Virus record (IMG/VR): IMGVR_UViG_3300031848_000030
Location: 1-28,600 of that record
DNA from: a virus
Taxonomy: Duplodnaviria > Caudoviricetes
Direction: 5' to 3' (one strand)
DNA: 28,600 bases
A model generated the notes under the pieces. That model worked only from the letters and a program-made list of their open reading frames with translations, was not told where the DNA came from and did no database searches. The translations under genes and the position numbers were made by a program. Below, in pieces: positions 1 to 9,293 of the stretch; within the stretch, counting starts at the first letter, position 1, and every line of letters begins with the position of its first letter.

Positions 1-1509
1 TACAAGCCAGATGGCGAAGTAGTTAAGGCTTTTATGAAAGATGACACGTTCTTTCGTGGTATCCGTGGGCCTGTTGGCTCTGGTAAGTCTGTGTCCTGTT
101 GCGTAGAGATTTTTCGCCGCGCGCTTGCACAAGAGCCTAACAAAAAAGGTATACGCCGTAGCCGATGGGCTATCATTCGTAATACAAACCCACAGCTAAA
201 GACTACAACAATTAAAACATGGCTTGATTGGTTTCCCGAAGAGGATTGGGGCAAGTTTACTTGGTCTGTTCCCTATACACATATGATAAGAAAGGGCGAA
301 CTTGAGCTTGAAGTCCTGTTCTTAGCCCTTGATAGGCCAGAAGATGTAAAAAAATTGCTATCATTAGAGCTTACTGGCATCTGGGTGAACGAAGCTAGAG
401 AGATTCCTAAGTCAATTATTGACGCTTGCACCATGCGTGTTGGTCGTTTCCCCTCTATGCGTGATGGTGGTGCTACTTGGACAGGAGTTATCGCTGATAC
501 TAACGCCCCAGAAGAGGATCACTGGTGGCCTATTATGTCTGGTGAAGTACCAGTACCCGATCATATCCCACGCGAACAAGCTAAGATGTTGGTCAAGCCA
601 GACAACTGGTCGTTTTATACACAGCCCAGCGGCATGGTAGAGAAGCATGACAACGAGGGCGAGATAGAAGACTATGTTCCTAATGATGTCGCTGAAAATA
701 AAGAATACATGCGAGCTGATTACTACTCTAACCTGATACGAGGTAAGACTAAGAGCTGGATTGATGTGTATGTTATGAACAAACTAGGCTCGATACAGGA
801 TGGCAAGCCCATTTATCAGATGTTTTCTCCTGATATACACGTAGCAAGGGAGGAAATACCTATTGCTGCTGGCGCTCCGCTATACATTGGCATTGACTTT
901 GGCCTTACTCCAGCCGCTACATTGGGTCAAAAGGTGCGTGGACGCTGGTTAATACAGCAAGAACTGGTTGCATTTGACATGGGTATTGTAAGGTTTGCAG
1001 AAGTAATGCGCGAAGAGATTGCAACTAGGTTTTCCCAAGCCTCAGAAGTATTTATATACGGCGATCCAGCTGGTGATTTCCGCGCGCAGACAGATGAATC
1101 TACTCCATTCCACATACTGCGTGGTGCTGGATTGCGAGCGTTCCCTGCTCCGTCAAACTCTGTAGACCTTAGACTTGAGTCTGTTGCTACTCAATTGCAG
1201 AAGATGAGTGATGGTAAACCAGCATTTCTTATAGACCCTCGGTGTCAACAATTGATTAAAGGCTTTGAGGGTGGGTATCAGTATCGCCGTATGGAAGTAT
1301 CTGGTGAGCGATATGCAGATAAACCTGATAAGAATATGTTTTCTCACGTCCATGATGCGCTGCAATACATGATGTTGGGTGCTGGTGAAGGTCGTGCGCT
1401 AATGAATAACCAAAAGCCAGCCATACCAACTGTAGCTAAAAGTAGTTTTGACGTGTTTAATCGTGGTAAAAAGCCACAGCGAAGATCAGGTTTGTGGTCA
1501 CGGATGTAA
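1..1509 (+). CDS. terL: Terminase large subunit (5' end probably outside window; frame is open from base 1)
   Basis: Walker A GPVGSGKS, Walker B IWVNE, and RNase H-like nuclease motifs YIGIDFG, GDPAG and HVHDAL. Upstream of the portal. Bases 1-33 read in frame (YKPDGEVVKAF) into the ATG at 34. Confidence 0.95.
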   Translation, partial: YKPDGEVVKAFMKDDTFFRGIRGPVGSGKSVSCCVEIFRRALAQEPNKKGIRRSRWAIIRNTNPQLKTTTIKTWLDWFPEEDWGKFTWSVPYTHMIRKGELELEVLFLALDRPEDVKKLLSLELTGIWVNEAREIPKSIIDACTMRVGRFPSMRDGGATWTGVIADTNAPEEDHWWPIMSGEVPVPDHIPREQAKMLVKPDNWSFYTQPSGMVEKHDNEGEIEDYVPNDVAENKEYMRADYYSNLIRGKTKSWIDVYVMNKLGSIQDGKPIYQMFSPDIHVAREEIPIAAGAPLYIGIDFGLTPAATLGQKVRGRWLIQQELVAFDMGIVRFAEVMREEIATRFSQASEVFIYGDPAGDFRAQTDESTPFHILRGAGLRAFPAPSNSVDLRLESVATQLQKMSDGKPAFLIDPRCQQLIKGFEGGYQYRRMEVSGERYADKPDKNMFSHVHDALQYMMLGAGEGRALMNNQKPAIPTVAKSSFDVFNRGKKPQRRSGLWSRM

Positions 1510-1520
1510 ATTGTGCATTG
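1508..1520 (+). promoter_or_regulatory. Putative late-promoter motif copy (AAATTGTGCATTG)
   Basis: 9/10 match to the TTGTGCGTTG core also found at 4781 and 15959. Lies about 52 nt upstream of the portal-block start. Confidence 0.5.
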
Positions 1521-1572
1521 AAAACTTATCTTTTTTATGCCAACCAATATGAAACTAAACAAGGAGAACAAT

Positions 1573-1818
1573 ATGTGTGGTGGTGGTGGCGGCAGAAGCC
1601 AAGCGGATATAGATAAAGAAGCTGAAAAAGCAGCTGCAGATAGAATTGCTGCGGAAGATGCAAAGCGTACAGAAATTGAAGGTCGCGCCGAAGAGAAGCG
1701 TGAAGACATTGGCGAAGCAATAGAATCACGTACTGAACGTCGTGGCGCTCGTGGTGGTTCTGGTCGCCGTTCTTTGTTTAAAACTGGCGCTGGTGGTTAT
1801 TTGGGTCGCTTTGGCTAA
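1573..1818 (+). CDS. Small virion-associated protein preceding portal
   Basis: AAGGAG Shine-Dalgarno (SD) at 1561-1566 favours ATG 1573 (MCGGGGG...). Charged helical body with Gly/Arg tail. Stop overlaps portal start (TAATG). Position typical of podoviruses. Confidence 0.7.
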   Translation: MCGGGGGRSQADIDKEAEKAAADRIAAEDAKRTEIEGRAEEKREDIGEAIESRTERRGARGGSGRRSLFKTGAGGYLGRFG

Positions 1819-3362
1819 TGGACAAAGCAGCTAAACAGTACATACAAAAGTATGAAAAAGCCAAGTCCTTTCGAGAGAACTGGGTTCCGTTGTTCGAGGA
1901 GTGCTACGAGTACGCATTGCCTCAACGTGAAAGTTTTTATGCTGAATCTGCTGGGCAGCGAAGGGATGATAAGATATTTGATGAGACTGCGGTAGTGGGT
2001 GTGCAAGAATTTGCTAGCCGCCTCCAGTCTGGGCTTGTTCCTAATTTTGCTAGGTGGGCTGACCTCATGGCTGGTAGTGAAGTGCCTCCAGAACAGCGCG
2101 AAAAAGTTAATAATGAGCTTGATGAAGTAACAGAATACGTCTTTGAGATACTACAAAACTCTAACTTTAGCCAAGAAGTACATGAATCCTTTATGGATTT
2201 AGCAGTTGGTACAGGTATTTTATGCGTAGAAGAAGGCAATGCTCTTAACCCTGTCAACTTTGCTGCCATTCCTTTACCTCATGTTGTGTTAGATACTGGC
2301 CCTGATGACAAGATTGACCATGTTTTCCGTGAGCGTAAGAACGTAAAGTACGATCACTTGAAGCTTATGTATCCTAACGGCACTCTTGATCCTAAAGTTG
2401 AAAACAATATGGGTATGGATAAGACAACAACAGTCCTTGAAGTTGTTTGTCGTGATTATGCAAAGCCACTTGAGGAAGCCTATCTTAGTTATGCTTTCTG
2501 TATGACAACCAATACAGTTATAAACTATAAGCAGATGACAGGTAGCGGTTCTAATCCCTTTATTTGTTTCCGCTGGTCTAAATGTGCTGGTGAAGTATAT
2601 GGACGAGGCCCACTTATTAATGCTTTATCTGCTATTAAAACTACAAACCTAACTATTGAAATGATACTTGAGAACGCACAGATGTCTATCTCTGGTATAT
2701 ATCAAATGGAAGATGATGGGGTTATAAATCCTGATACAATACAGTTAGTCCCAGGCTCTATCATTCCAAAAGCTATGGGTTCTGCTGGACTGCAGCCTAT
2801 TCGTGCAGCTGGAAACTTTGATGTAGCCCAGCTTGTGCTAGGTGATATGCGTCAAAACATTAAACGTGCCTTGTATAACGATATGCTTGGTAATCCTGAC
2901 AAAACACCAGCATCAGCTACAGAAGTTGCAGAGCGTATGGCAGATTTGTCTAGGCGAATGGGTGCTGCTTTTGGTAGATTGCAAGCTGAACTTGTTCAAC
3001 CTGTACTGCAGCGCGTTATTTACATCCTTAAAAAGCAAGGACGTATTGATGTGCCTACTGTTAATGGTCGTGAAGTTAAGGTTCGTTCTGTATCTCCACT
3101 AGCCCAAGCACAATCTAACCAAGATATTTCTAGCGTTGGACGTTTCCTTGAAATGGTTGGCGGTACGTTTGGCCCAGAAATGTTGCAGCTACTTATTGAT
3201 GGTGAACAAACTGCAATTCATTTAGCCAAAAAGTTTGGTGTGCCTGAAAGCTTGATTCGTGATGAAGAACAGCGTAAACAAATAGCTGCATTAGCGCAGC
3301 AAATGGCGCAACAACAGCAACAGCAACAACCACAGGAACAAGTGATTGAACAACAAGGTTAA
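1818..3362 (+). CDS. Portal (head-to-tail connector) protein
   Basis: 514 aa with T7 gp8/BPP-1-type motifs RWSKCAGEVYGRGP, SATEVAER and SPLAQAQ. Gln-rich C-terminus. Confidence 0.95.
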   Translation: MDKAAKQYIQKYEKAKSFRENWVPLFEECYEYALPQRESFYAESAGQRRDDKIFDETAVVGVQEFASRLQSGLVPNFARWADLMAGSEVPPEQREKVNNELDEVTEYVFEILQNSNFSQEVHESFMDLAVGTGILCVEEGNALNPVNFAAIPLPHVVLDTGPDDKIDHVFRERKNVKYDHLKLMYPNGTLDPKVENNMGMDKTTTVLEVVCRDYAKPLEEAYLSYAFCMTTNTVINYKQMTGSGSNPFICFRWSKCAGEVYGRGPLINALSAIKTTNLTIEMILENAQMSISGIYQMEDDGVINPDTIQLVPGSIIPKAMGSAGLQPIRAAGNFDVAQLVLGDMRQNIKRALYNDMLGNPDKTPASATEVAERMADLSRRMGAAFGRLQAELVQPVLQRVIYILKKQGRIDVPTVNGREVKVRSVSPLAQAQSNQDISSVGRFLEMVGGTFGPEMLQLLIDGEQTAIHLAKKFGVPESLIRDEEQRKQIAALAQQMAQQQQQQQPQEQVIEQQG

Positions 3363-3606
3363 TATTGGAGTCGATGGTTATCAAAGGGCGTCTAGTCAAG
3401 ATACACAGATTAGCCAACAGGTAGCCGAAGTTGTTAGTACCCCTGCTGGTGCAGCTGTATTAAAGTATTTGCGATCCATTACCATAGAAATGGTACATGG
3501 GCCTAATGTGACTACAGAAGAACTACGCCATATGGAAGGCCAGCGTTATATTGTTGGCCTTTTAGAGCGGCGCATATCCCACGCACATAGGAGCAAAAAC
3601 AAATGA
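3346..3606 (+). CDS. Small conserved head-module protein (Bbp19-like)
   Basis: TTG start. Motif 'STPAGAAVLKYL...EGQRYIV' and position between portal and scaffold match this family. Confidence 0.75.
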   Translation: MNNKVNIGVDGYQRASSQDTQISQQVAEVVSTPAGAAVLKYLRSITIEMVHGPNVTTEELRHMEGQRYIVGLLERRISHAHRSKNK

Positions 3607-4334
3607 ATGAAACATTAACGACTTCCGAAACTACAGAAACCGCTACAGAAGAGCCGCGTGATTTTGTAGTTGCTGAGGATTTAACGCCTGATAGACCAGA
3701 ATGGTTGCCCGAAAAATACAAAAGCGGTGAAGATTTAGCTAAAGGTTATAAAGAATTAGAGTCTAGGCTTGGCACTAAAGAAGAAGATTTGCGTGTTAAG
3801 TTTAAGGAAGAGTATGAATCTGATAAGTTTGCTGAAAGGCCAGCATCGTCAGGTGAATACGCACTGCCTGATAGCGTAGATAGCGAAGAAGCTGTCGATA
3901 ATAGTCTACTAAAGTGGTGGGCAGAAGAAGCATTTAATAGCGGATACAGTCAAACCCAGTTTGAAAAGGGCATAGATATGTATATGGAGTCAGTTGAAGG
4001 TTCTATGCCTGATCTTGATGCTGAAGCTGCAAAGCTCGGTGAAAGTTCAGAGCAACGCATTGAGGCTGCATCTATGTTTGCAACTAAATTCTTTCCAGAA
4101 AATTCTATGCCAGCAATTGAGCGCATGTTTGAAACTCACGAAGGTATTTTAGCAGTAGAAGCTATTCAAGAAGCTATGAAAGATGGCAACTTTGCTGGAA
4201 GTGCTGAGCCTGTTTCTGGTTTAAGTGAAGATAATTTAAGGGAGATGATGCAAGACCCTCGCTATTGGAGCAAGAATGATCCTGCATATGTACGGCAAGT
4301 AGAGGCTGGCTTTAAGAAACTCTATGGAGGATAA
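3603..4334 (+). CDS. Capsid assembly scaffolding protein
   Basis: Acidic and helical. Contains RPEWLPEK..LAKGYKELE and C-terminal MQDPRYW..DPAY..V motifs typical of T7 gp9-like scaffolds. Confidence 0.88.
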   Translation: MNETLTTSETTETATEEPRDFVVAEDLTPDRPEWLPEKYKSGEDLAKGYKELESRLGTKEEDLRVKFKEEYESDKFAERPASSGEYALPDSVDSEEAVDNSLLKWWAEEAFNSGYSQTQFEKGIDMYMESVEGSMPDLDAEAAKLGESSEQRIEAASMFATKFFPENSMPAIERMFETHEGILAVEAIQEAMKDGNFAGSAEPVSGLSEDNLREMMQDPRYWSKNDPAYVRQVEAGFKKLYGG

Positions 4335-4845
4335 ATTATTAAAACGTGGTAGGTTTTATTTAACTCCATTTAAGTTAGAGCATATTGATGAAGTTGTTAA
4401 TAATCTAAGCTATGAAAACGTCAGGGAGATAAAACTCCTTGGCTACAATAGTGTTAGGGAATGTATTGACGACATGGTTAAACATGCTGATTGCTATTTA
4501 GTTCGCAAAGAAGGCCAAGTATTCACAGCTATTGCTGGCCTTTGGTATGAAGATAGTAGAGAGATACCTCAATTTTTTGCAATGTTTTCCCAACGTTTAA
4601 AGAAAGATTTTAAATCTATAGCTCGCGGATCAAAAATGTTAATTAATTTTTTAGACACGCTTCAAGATGAGATGTCTATGAGGATTTTAACTGACCATGA
4701 GTTCATGTTGGACTGGGCTTCATGGCTAGGATTTGAAGCAGTTGGCATTACTAACTATAATTCTAACAATTATGTTGATTTTGTGCGTTGCATTTCACCA
4801 CAAAAAAGTGCTTATAGTAATTCATCACGGCCCGTGATGCACTGA
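4324..4845 (+). CDS. T7 gp13-like (internal virion protein A/DUF2833, GNAT-fold) protein
   Basis: Pattern 'HIDEVVNNL..ENVREI...G', 'AIAGLW' and 'WASWLGF' resembles gp13-family acetyltransferase-fold proteins. Confidence 0.65.
   Translation: MEDKLLKRGRFYLTPFKLEHIDEVVNNLSYENVREIKLLGYNSVRECIDDMVKHADCYLVRKEGQVFTAIAGLWYEDSREIPQFFAMFSQRLKKDFKSIARGSKMLINFLDTLQDEMSMRILTDHEFMLDWASWLGFEAVGITNYNSNNYVDFVRCISPQKSAYSNSSRPVMH
4776..4790 (+). promoter_or_regulatory. Putative late-promoter motif (TGATTTTGTGCGTTG) upstream of major capsid gene
   Basis: 15 nt identical to 15954-15968. TATAGT follows at 4813-4818. Confidence 0.6.
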
Positions 4846-4900
4846 AAGGCCCATTTGGATACCCTTGTCGATGTGAAGTAACGGATACCCGAGTAACCGA
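4823..4900 (+). promoter_or_regulatory. Structured capsid leader: palindrome CATCACGG-C-CCGTGATG plus two GGATACCC repeats
   Basis: Perfect 8-bp inverted repeat at 4823-4839. GGATACCC at 4857-4864 and 4883-4890. Confidence 0.5.
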
Positions 4901-4923
4901 AACTTTATATTTAGGAAAAGAAA

Positions 4924-5733
4924 ATGGCTAATACAATCGACCAAGCTTTTATTAAGCAGTTCGAAACAGAAGTCCATATGGCTTATCAGCGTATGGGTTC
5001 TAAGCTTCGAAACACAATCCGTTCAACAAACGTATCTGCATCAGTAGCACGATTCCAAAAAATCGGTACTGGTACTGCGTCAACTAAATCACGTAATGGT
5101 AACGTTACGCCGATGGAGCTAGCGCACACTAATGTAGAAGTCACAATGGCTGACTACTACGCTGCAGAGTACATTGATAAGTTAGACGAATTGAAGACTA
5201 ACATCAATGAGCGTCAAGTTGTTGCTCAATCTGCTGCTGCCGCATTAGGCCGTAAAACAGATGAGCTAATTACAGCGGCATTAGATGCTGGTGCAAGTAG
5301 CACACAAATACATGACACAAATTCTGCTCTTGAAAAAGCTGACTTGCTTTCATTATTTGAAACAATGGGTACTGCAGATGTTCCAGAAGATGGACAACGC
5401 TACCTTGCTATGTCCCCTGCTGGTTACACTGACTTGTTTTCAATTAATGAGTTTGCTTCATCAGATTACGTTGGGCCTCAAAACCTTCCGTTTGCTGGTG
5501 GTATGACAATGAAAGAGTTCTTGGGTTTCAAGATTTTCTCAACGTCTGCCGTAGCTGCTGGTAAAAACTTTGCTTACCATACATCAGCGGTTGGTATCGG
5601 AATCAATGCCGATGTTAGCACTGAAGTAAATTATGTAGCTGAGAAGGTATCTCACTTAGCGACTTCAATGATGTCAATGGGATCAATTGTTATTGATGCT
5701 AATGGTGTTTACGAAGTTCTTGACAACAATTAA
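4924..5733 (+). CDS. Major capsid protein
   Basis: 269 aa. 'FIKQFETEVHMAYQRMGSKLR' and 'AALGRKTDELI' match BPP-1/T7-supergroup HK97-fold capsids. AGGA SD present and a terminator follows downstream. Confidence 0.93.
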   Translation: MANTIDQAFIKQFETEVHMAYQRMGSKLRNTIRSTNVSASVARFQKIGTGTASTKSRNGNVTPMELAHTNVEVTMADYYAAEYIDKLDELKTNINERQVVAQSAAAALGRKTDELITAALDAGASSTQIHDTNSALEKADLLSLFETMGTADVPEDGQRYLAMSPAGYTDLFSINEFASSDYVGPQNLPFAGGMTMKEFLGFKIFSTSAVAAGKNFAYHTSAVGIGINADVSTEVNYVAEKVSHLATSMMSMGSIVIDANGVYEVLDNN

Positions 5734-5747
5734 ACTGGAGTAAAAAA

Positions 5748-6014
5748 ATGGCTTTTAATGCAGCAAACTTAACTCGCATGGCTGGTGCTTCTGGAGTGTC
5801 TTTATGGCACTACACATCAGCAGATTCAATTGCGACTGTAAATTCGGCTGGATATTTTAATGGTGCTTCTTCCATGATGAATATTCGTGACGTTATTATC
5901 GTTGTAGACAGTAACACTCCGACAACAAATCTTGCAAATGTACTTACAAATACATCAGCAGGAGTTGTAGACATTTCTAATGGCACTGCCATTGTAGAAA
6001 CTGACGGAGATTAA
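5748..6014 (+). CDS. Small virion protein, probable capsid decoration/cement protein
   Basis: GGAG SD. Beta-rich 88 aa protein lying between the capsid gene and the strong terminator, so probably co-transcribed with it. Confidence 0.6.
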   Translation: MAFNAANLTRMAGASGVSLWHYTSADSIATVNSAGYFNGASSMMNIRDVIIVVDSNTPTTNLANVLTNTSAGVVDISNGTAIVETDGD

Positions 6015-6019
6015 TAAGG

Positions 6020-6046
6020 AAGGGGGCTTCGGCCCCCTTTCATTTC
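6020..6046 (+). terminator. Rho-independent terminator after capsid genes
   Basis: Stem AAGGGGGC / GCCCCCTT with a C(UUCG)G tetraloop, followed by TCATTTC. Confidence 0.85.
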
Positions 6047-6064
6047 TATAGATAGGTTGATTAG

Positions 6065-6643
6065 ATGCCAGCAAATACACCAATAAAAGTATGTTCACGC
6101 GCCTCCGTCCTAATGGGCGGTTCTCCTATTTCAGCCTTTGACGAGGGTACAGCTGAGGCTGATGTCGTCGATGCTCTATACGAAGACATTGCAAGATCGT
6201 CTTTGACTAGCAGTCGTTGGCGATTTGCCACCAACCAACAAGTTTTAAATCGTTTAGTTTCTGCGCCTACAGGAAGATTTGATGCAGCATATCAAATGCC
6301 ATCTGACCTTCTTATGCTTAGCGCAGTTACAGTAGGCGATCACCCCATACAGTATGATACATATGGGGATAAAATCTATGGAGACATAGATACTAATGAT
6401 GTTGTTATTGCTGATTACATTTACAGAGCAGCAGAAGCGCACTGGCCTCCATACTTTACGTTGGCAGTAGAGTTTCAAGTTGCTTCAATGTTGGCAATTT
6501 CTATTGCAAGAGACGCTAATTTAGCACAGATGATGGATCAACAGGCGGAGCGCCAAATGATAAAAGCTCGCAGACTTGATTCACAGCAACAGACTACTCG
6601 AAAACTACAGACAACAAGGTTTATAGCACAGAGGCGTAGCTAA
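6065..6643 (+). CDS. Tail tubular protein A (adaptor, T7 gp11-like)
   Basis: 192 aa with 'CSRASVLMGGSPI', 'WRFA' and 'YQMPSD' motifs. Immediately follows the capsid block. Confidence 0.88.
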   Translation: MPANTPIKVCSRASVLMGGSPISAFDEGTAEADVVDALYEDIARSSLTSSRWRFATNQQVLNRLVSAPTGRFDAAYQMPSDLLMLSAVTVGDHPIQYDTYGDKIYGDIDTNDVVIADYIYRAAEAHWPPYFTLAVEFQVASMLAISIARDANLAQMMDQQAERQMIKARRLDSQQQTTRKLQTTRFIAQRRS

Positions 6644-8835
6644 TGCAGAAAGTAAGGATTCCACAAAATAGCTTTCAATTTGGTGAGATTAGCGAAAGCA
6701 CTATAATGAGGACTGATAGTCCTATTTATTCAGCGTCTGCTCAGAGTTTAGAGAATATGATTGTCTTGCCCGAAGGCGCTGTTAAGAAGCGGCATGGTTT
6801 AAAGTTTCATGCAGCTAATGGTCAAACAAATAAAGACGTATACTTAGCTCCATTTATATTTGATGATAACGAAAAATATATAATTGCAATTGGTGAAGCT
6901 TACATTCTTTGTTATAGGCTTTTAACAAATGGAACAGTAAGTCTTGTATCAACTATAACTGCTGATACAGCTTCTGCTTCTTTACCTTTTGACGCAGATT
7001 ACATACGGCAACTTAATACAGCACAGTATGGCGATGTTATGTTTATATCCCACCCTCTGTTTGCGCCTCGTATGTTATCAAGAACAAGTCTTACAGCTTT
7101 TGAATTAAGTACATATAGCTTTGATGAAAGCTTTGATGGTCACAATACTCACCAGCCATACAGCAAGTTTCATGCTACAAGCACAACACTTGCAGTAAAT
7201 AATACTTCTGGAAATGGCAGAACATTAACTACAAGTGCAGCTTATTTTGATACTACAGGTAAACACGTCAATACAGTTCTGCGCTATGGTGGAAATGAAA
7301 TTTTGATAACTGCTGTAGCTAGTTCTACTAGCGCGACTGGTAATATTATTGATACTTTAGATGTGCGTTTAAGCATTTTAAATCCATTAAGAACAAGAAA
7401 CGGAAGCGCTATTATTGAGGTCACGCAAATAGAACATGGTTTTGCTGGCGGTGAATCTATTGCTTTTTCTGATGCTGTTGCTGTTGGGGGTATAGTTGCT
7501 ACCAATATAAATGGCTCAAGGACTATTGGAGATGTATTAGATTTGAATACATATACAATTACTGGTGGTTCTAATGCAACATCAGCCGAAGATGGAGGCG
7601 GTTTTGTTAAAGTGACTACTGGAGCTGCTACTCATATATGGGATGAACAATCTTTTTCTGCTTTGCGAGGCTATCCAGCTGCAGTTACCTTCCATGAAAA
7701 CAGATTATGTTTTGGTGGTACTATTGCAGAGCCTGATACAATTTGGATGTCCAGTCTTGGAGAGTTCTTTGACTTTAATGTTGGGGATGCCGAGGATACT
7801 GATGCAATTAATTTAGTTGCTGCGACTGGTGATGTTAATGAAATTAGGTATATGAGGTCGAATCGTGACCTACAAGTATTTACATTGTCAGATGAGCTGT
7901 ATGTACCTACTTTTTTAAACCAAGCAATTACACCAACTAATGCTCAAATAAGAAAACAAACACCATTTGGTACTGAGTTTGTTTTGCCTACATCTATTGA
8001 TGGTGCTACTGTTTTTGTTGAAAAAGGTGGTAGAGCAATACGCGAGTACATTTATTCTGATGCAGAAGATGCTTATATATCTACTGCGGTTTCAACAGTA
8101 GCTACTCACTTAATAGAAACACCAGTTGATATGGCTGTTGTTCATTCTGGTTTTAGCACTCAAGAATCTTATGCAGCTTTAGTTATGAATAATGGGAATA
8201 TGGCTTTGTTTAGTTCTAGTAGAGCTGAGAAACGTGCAGCTTGGACTAGGGTTACATCTCAATGCGACTTTAAATCTGTTGTGGCAATTGGAGATAGGTT
8301 GTTTTCTTACATTAAAGACACAAACAATATCTATACATTGTGTGAATTTGTAGGTGATATTGGTTTAGATAATTATATTTATGTAGCTTACGGCAATGGG
8401 ACTGTAAGCGTCAGTAGCGCCTATACTACAGGCACTGTAGATGTAATTGGATATAACTCAACTAGCGGAGTATTTGCTTCTCTAGGCGAGTTTACTGTTA
8501 GTAGTGGTAACATTACTATGACTGCACATAGCGGTCATACTCATTTCTATGTTGGCAAAAAGTTTACAGCTAAAATTATTACTAATCCTATAGACACTGT
8601 GGTTGGCAATGGGCCAGTAACAGGTGACATACGCGGCATTGGGACAGTTGTTTTAAGTCTTAAAGATGCTACTTCGGTTAAAGTAAATAATAGAGCAATT
8701 TCAAACTTAAATGGATTTAGTGGAAACAAAGAGGTTAGGCTTCTCGGATACAATAGAAATCCTCAAGTAACTGTTGAGCAAGTTGATCCAATGCCTATGC
8801 AAGTTAATGGTCTTATTTCGGAGTTAATTTTATAG
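6643..8835 (+). CDS. Tail tubular protein B (nozzle, T7 gp12-like)
   Basis: 730 aa beta-rich protein with 'SFQFGEIS', 'GAVKKRHG', 'GYPAAVTFHENRLCFGG', 'IWMS' and 'AWTR' motifs. Confidence 0.9.
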   Translation: MQKVRIPQNSFQFGEISESTIMRTDSPIYSASAQSLENMIVLPEGAVKKRHGLKFHAANGQTNKDVYLAPFIFDDNEKYIIAIGEAYILCYRLLTNGTVSLVSTITADTASASLPFDADYIRQLNTAQYGDVMFISHPLFAPRMLSRTSLTAFELSTYSFDESFDGHNTHQPYSKFHATSTTLAVNNTSGNGRTLTTSAAYFDTTGKHVNTVLRYGGNEILITAVASSTSATGNIIDTLDVRLSILNPLRTRNGSAIIEVTQIEHGFAGGESIAFSDAVAVGGIVATNINGSRTIGDVLDLNTYTITGGSNATSAEDGGGFVKVTTGAATHIWDEQSFSALRGYPAAVTFHENRLCFGGTIAEPDTIWMSSLGEFFDFNVGDAEDTDAINLVAATGDVNEIRYMRSNRDLQVFTLSDELYVPTFLNQAITPTNAQIRKQTPFGTEFVLPTSIDGATVFVEKGGRAIREYIYSDAEDAYISTAVSTVATHLIETPVDMAVVHSGFSTQESYAALVMNNGNMALFSSSRAEKRAAWTRVTSQCDFKSVVAIGDRLFSYIKDTNNIYTLCEFVGDIGLDNYIYVAYGNGTVSVSSAYTTGTVDVIGYNSTSGVFASLGEFTVSSGNITMTAHSGHTHFYVGKKFTAKIITNPIDTVVGNGPVTGDIRGIGTVVLSLKDATSVKVNNRAISNLNGFSGNKEVRLLGYNRNPQVTVEQVDPMPMQVNGLISELIL

Positions 8836-9293
8836 TGCAAATGATTTTTCAATTATTATCTGGTTTTATGTCAGCGAAAGCTAGCAAGGAAGCTGGTAGA
8901 GCAAGACAAGATGCAGCCAACATGGATGCGTTTAATACCGAAACCGAGAGAGAACAGGGCGAAGTCTTTGCAATGCAACAGGCTGCAGCTCGTAGGGCCG
9001 AGTTTGATTCAGCAACAGAGGCTAACATAGCTATGTTTTCTGTTGGTAGGGATATTGGTTCTGATAGGTCTGTTGAGGCTTTCTTAAATAAACAAAAAGA
9101 AATTGCTGCGACTGATCTTGGCAGACTTGATAATCAAAGACGAGCTGAGGCTAGTGCCAGAACAAGAGAAGCCATGGCTCTTCGCCGTGGCGGTAGAGTT
9201 GCTAGACGTGCTTCTTTACTTAAAGCTACTGGAACAATCTTTAATACTTTTTCTGATGCTTCAAAAACTGCTGCAAATGGAGGGACAAGATAA
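8835..9293 (+). CDS. Internal virion (ejection) protein, gp14-like
   Basis: GTG start overlaps the nozzle stop. Ala/Arg-rich helical 152 aa protein at the syntenic position. Confidence 0.7.
   Translation: MQMIFQLLSGFMSAKASKEAGRARQDAANMDAFNTETEREQGEVFAMQQAAARRAEFDSATEANIAMFSVGRDIGSDRSVEAFLNKQKEIAATDLGRLDNQRRAEASARTREAMALRRGGRVARRASLLKATGTIFNTFSDASKTAANGGTR

Noticed and set aside
3295-3345. CAA/CAG repeat in portal 3' end as a contingency locus
   Set aside because: Short, mixed-codon poly-Gln tails are common in portal C-termini.
5720-5760. T7 10A/10B-style frameshift or readthrough joining capsid to the next ORF
   Set aside because: No obvious slippery site before the stop. The downstream ORF is out of frame and has its own GGAG SD and ATG.
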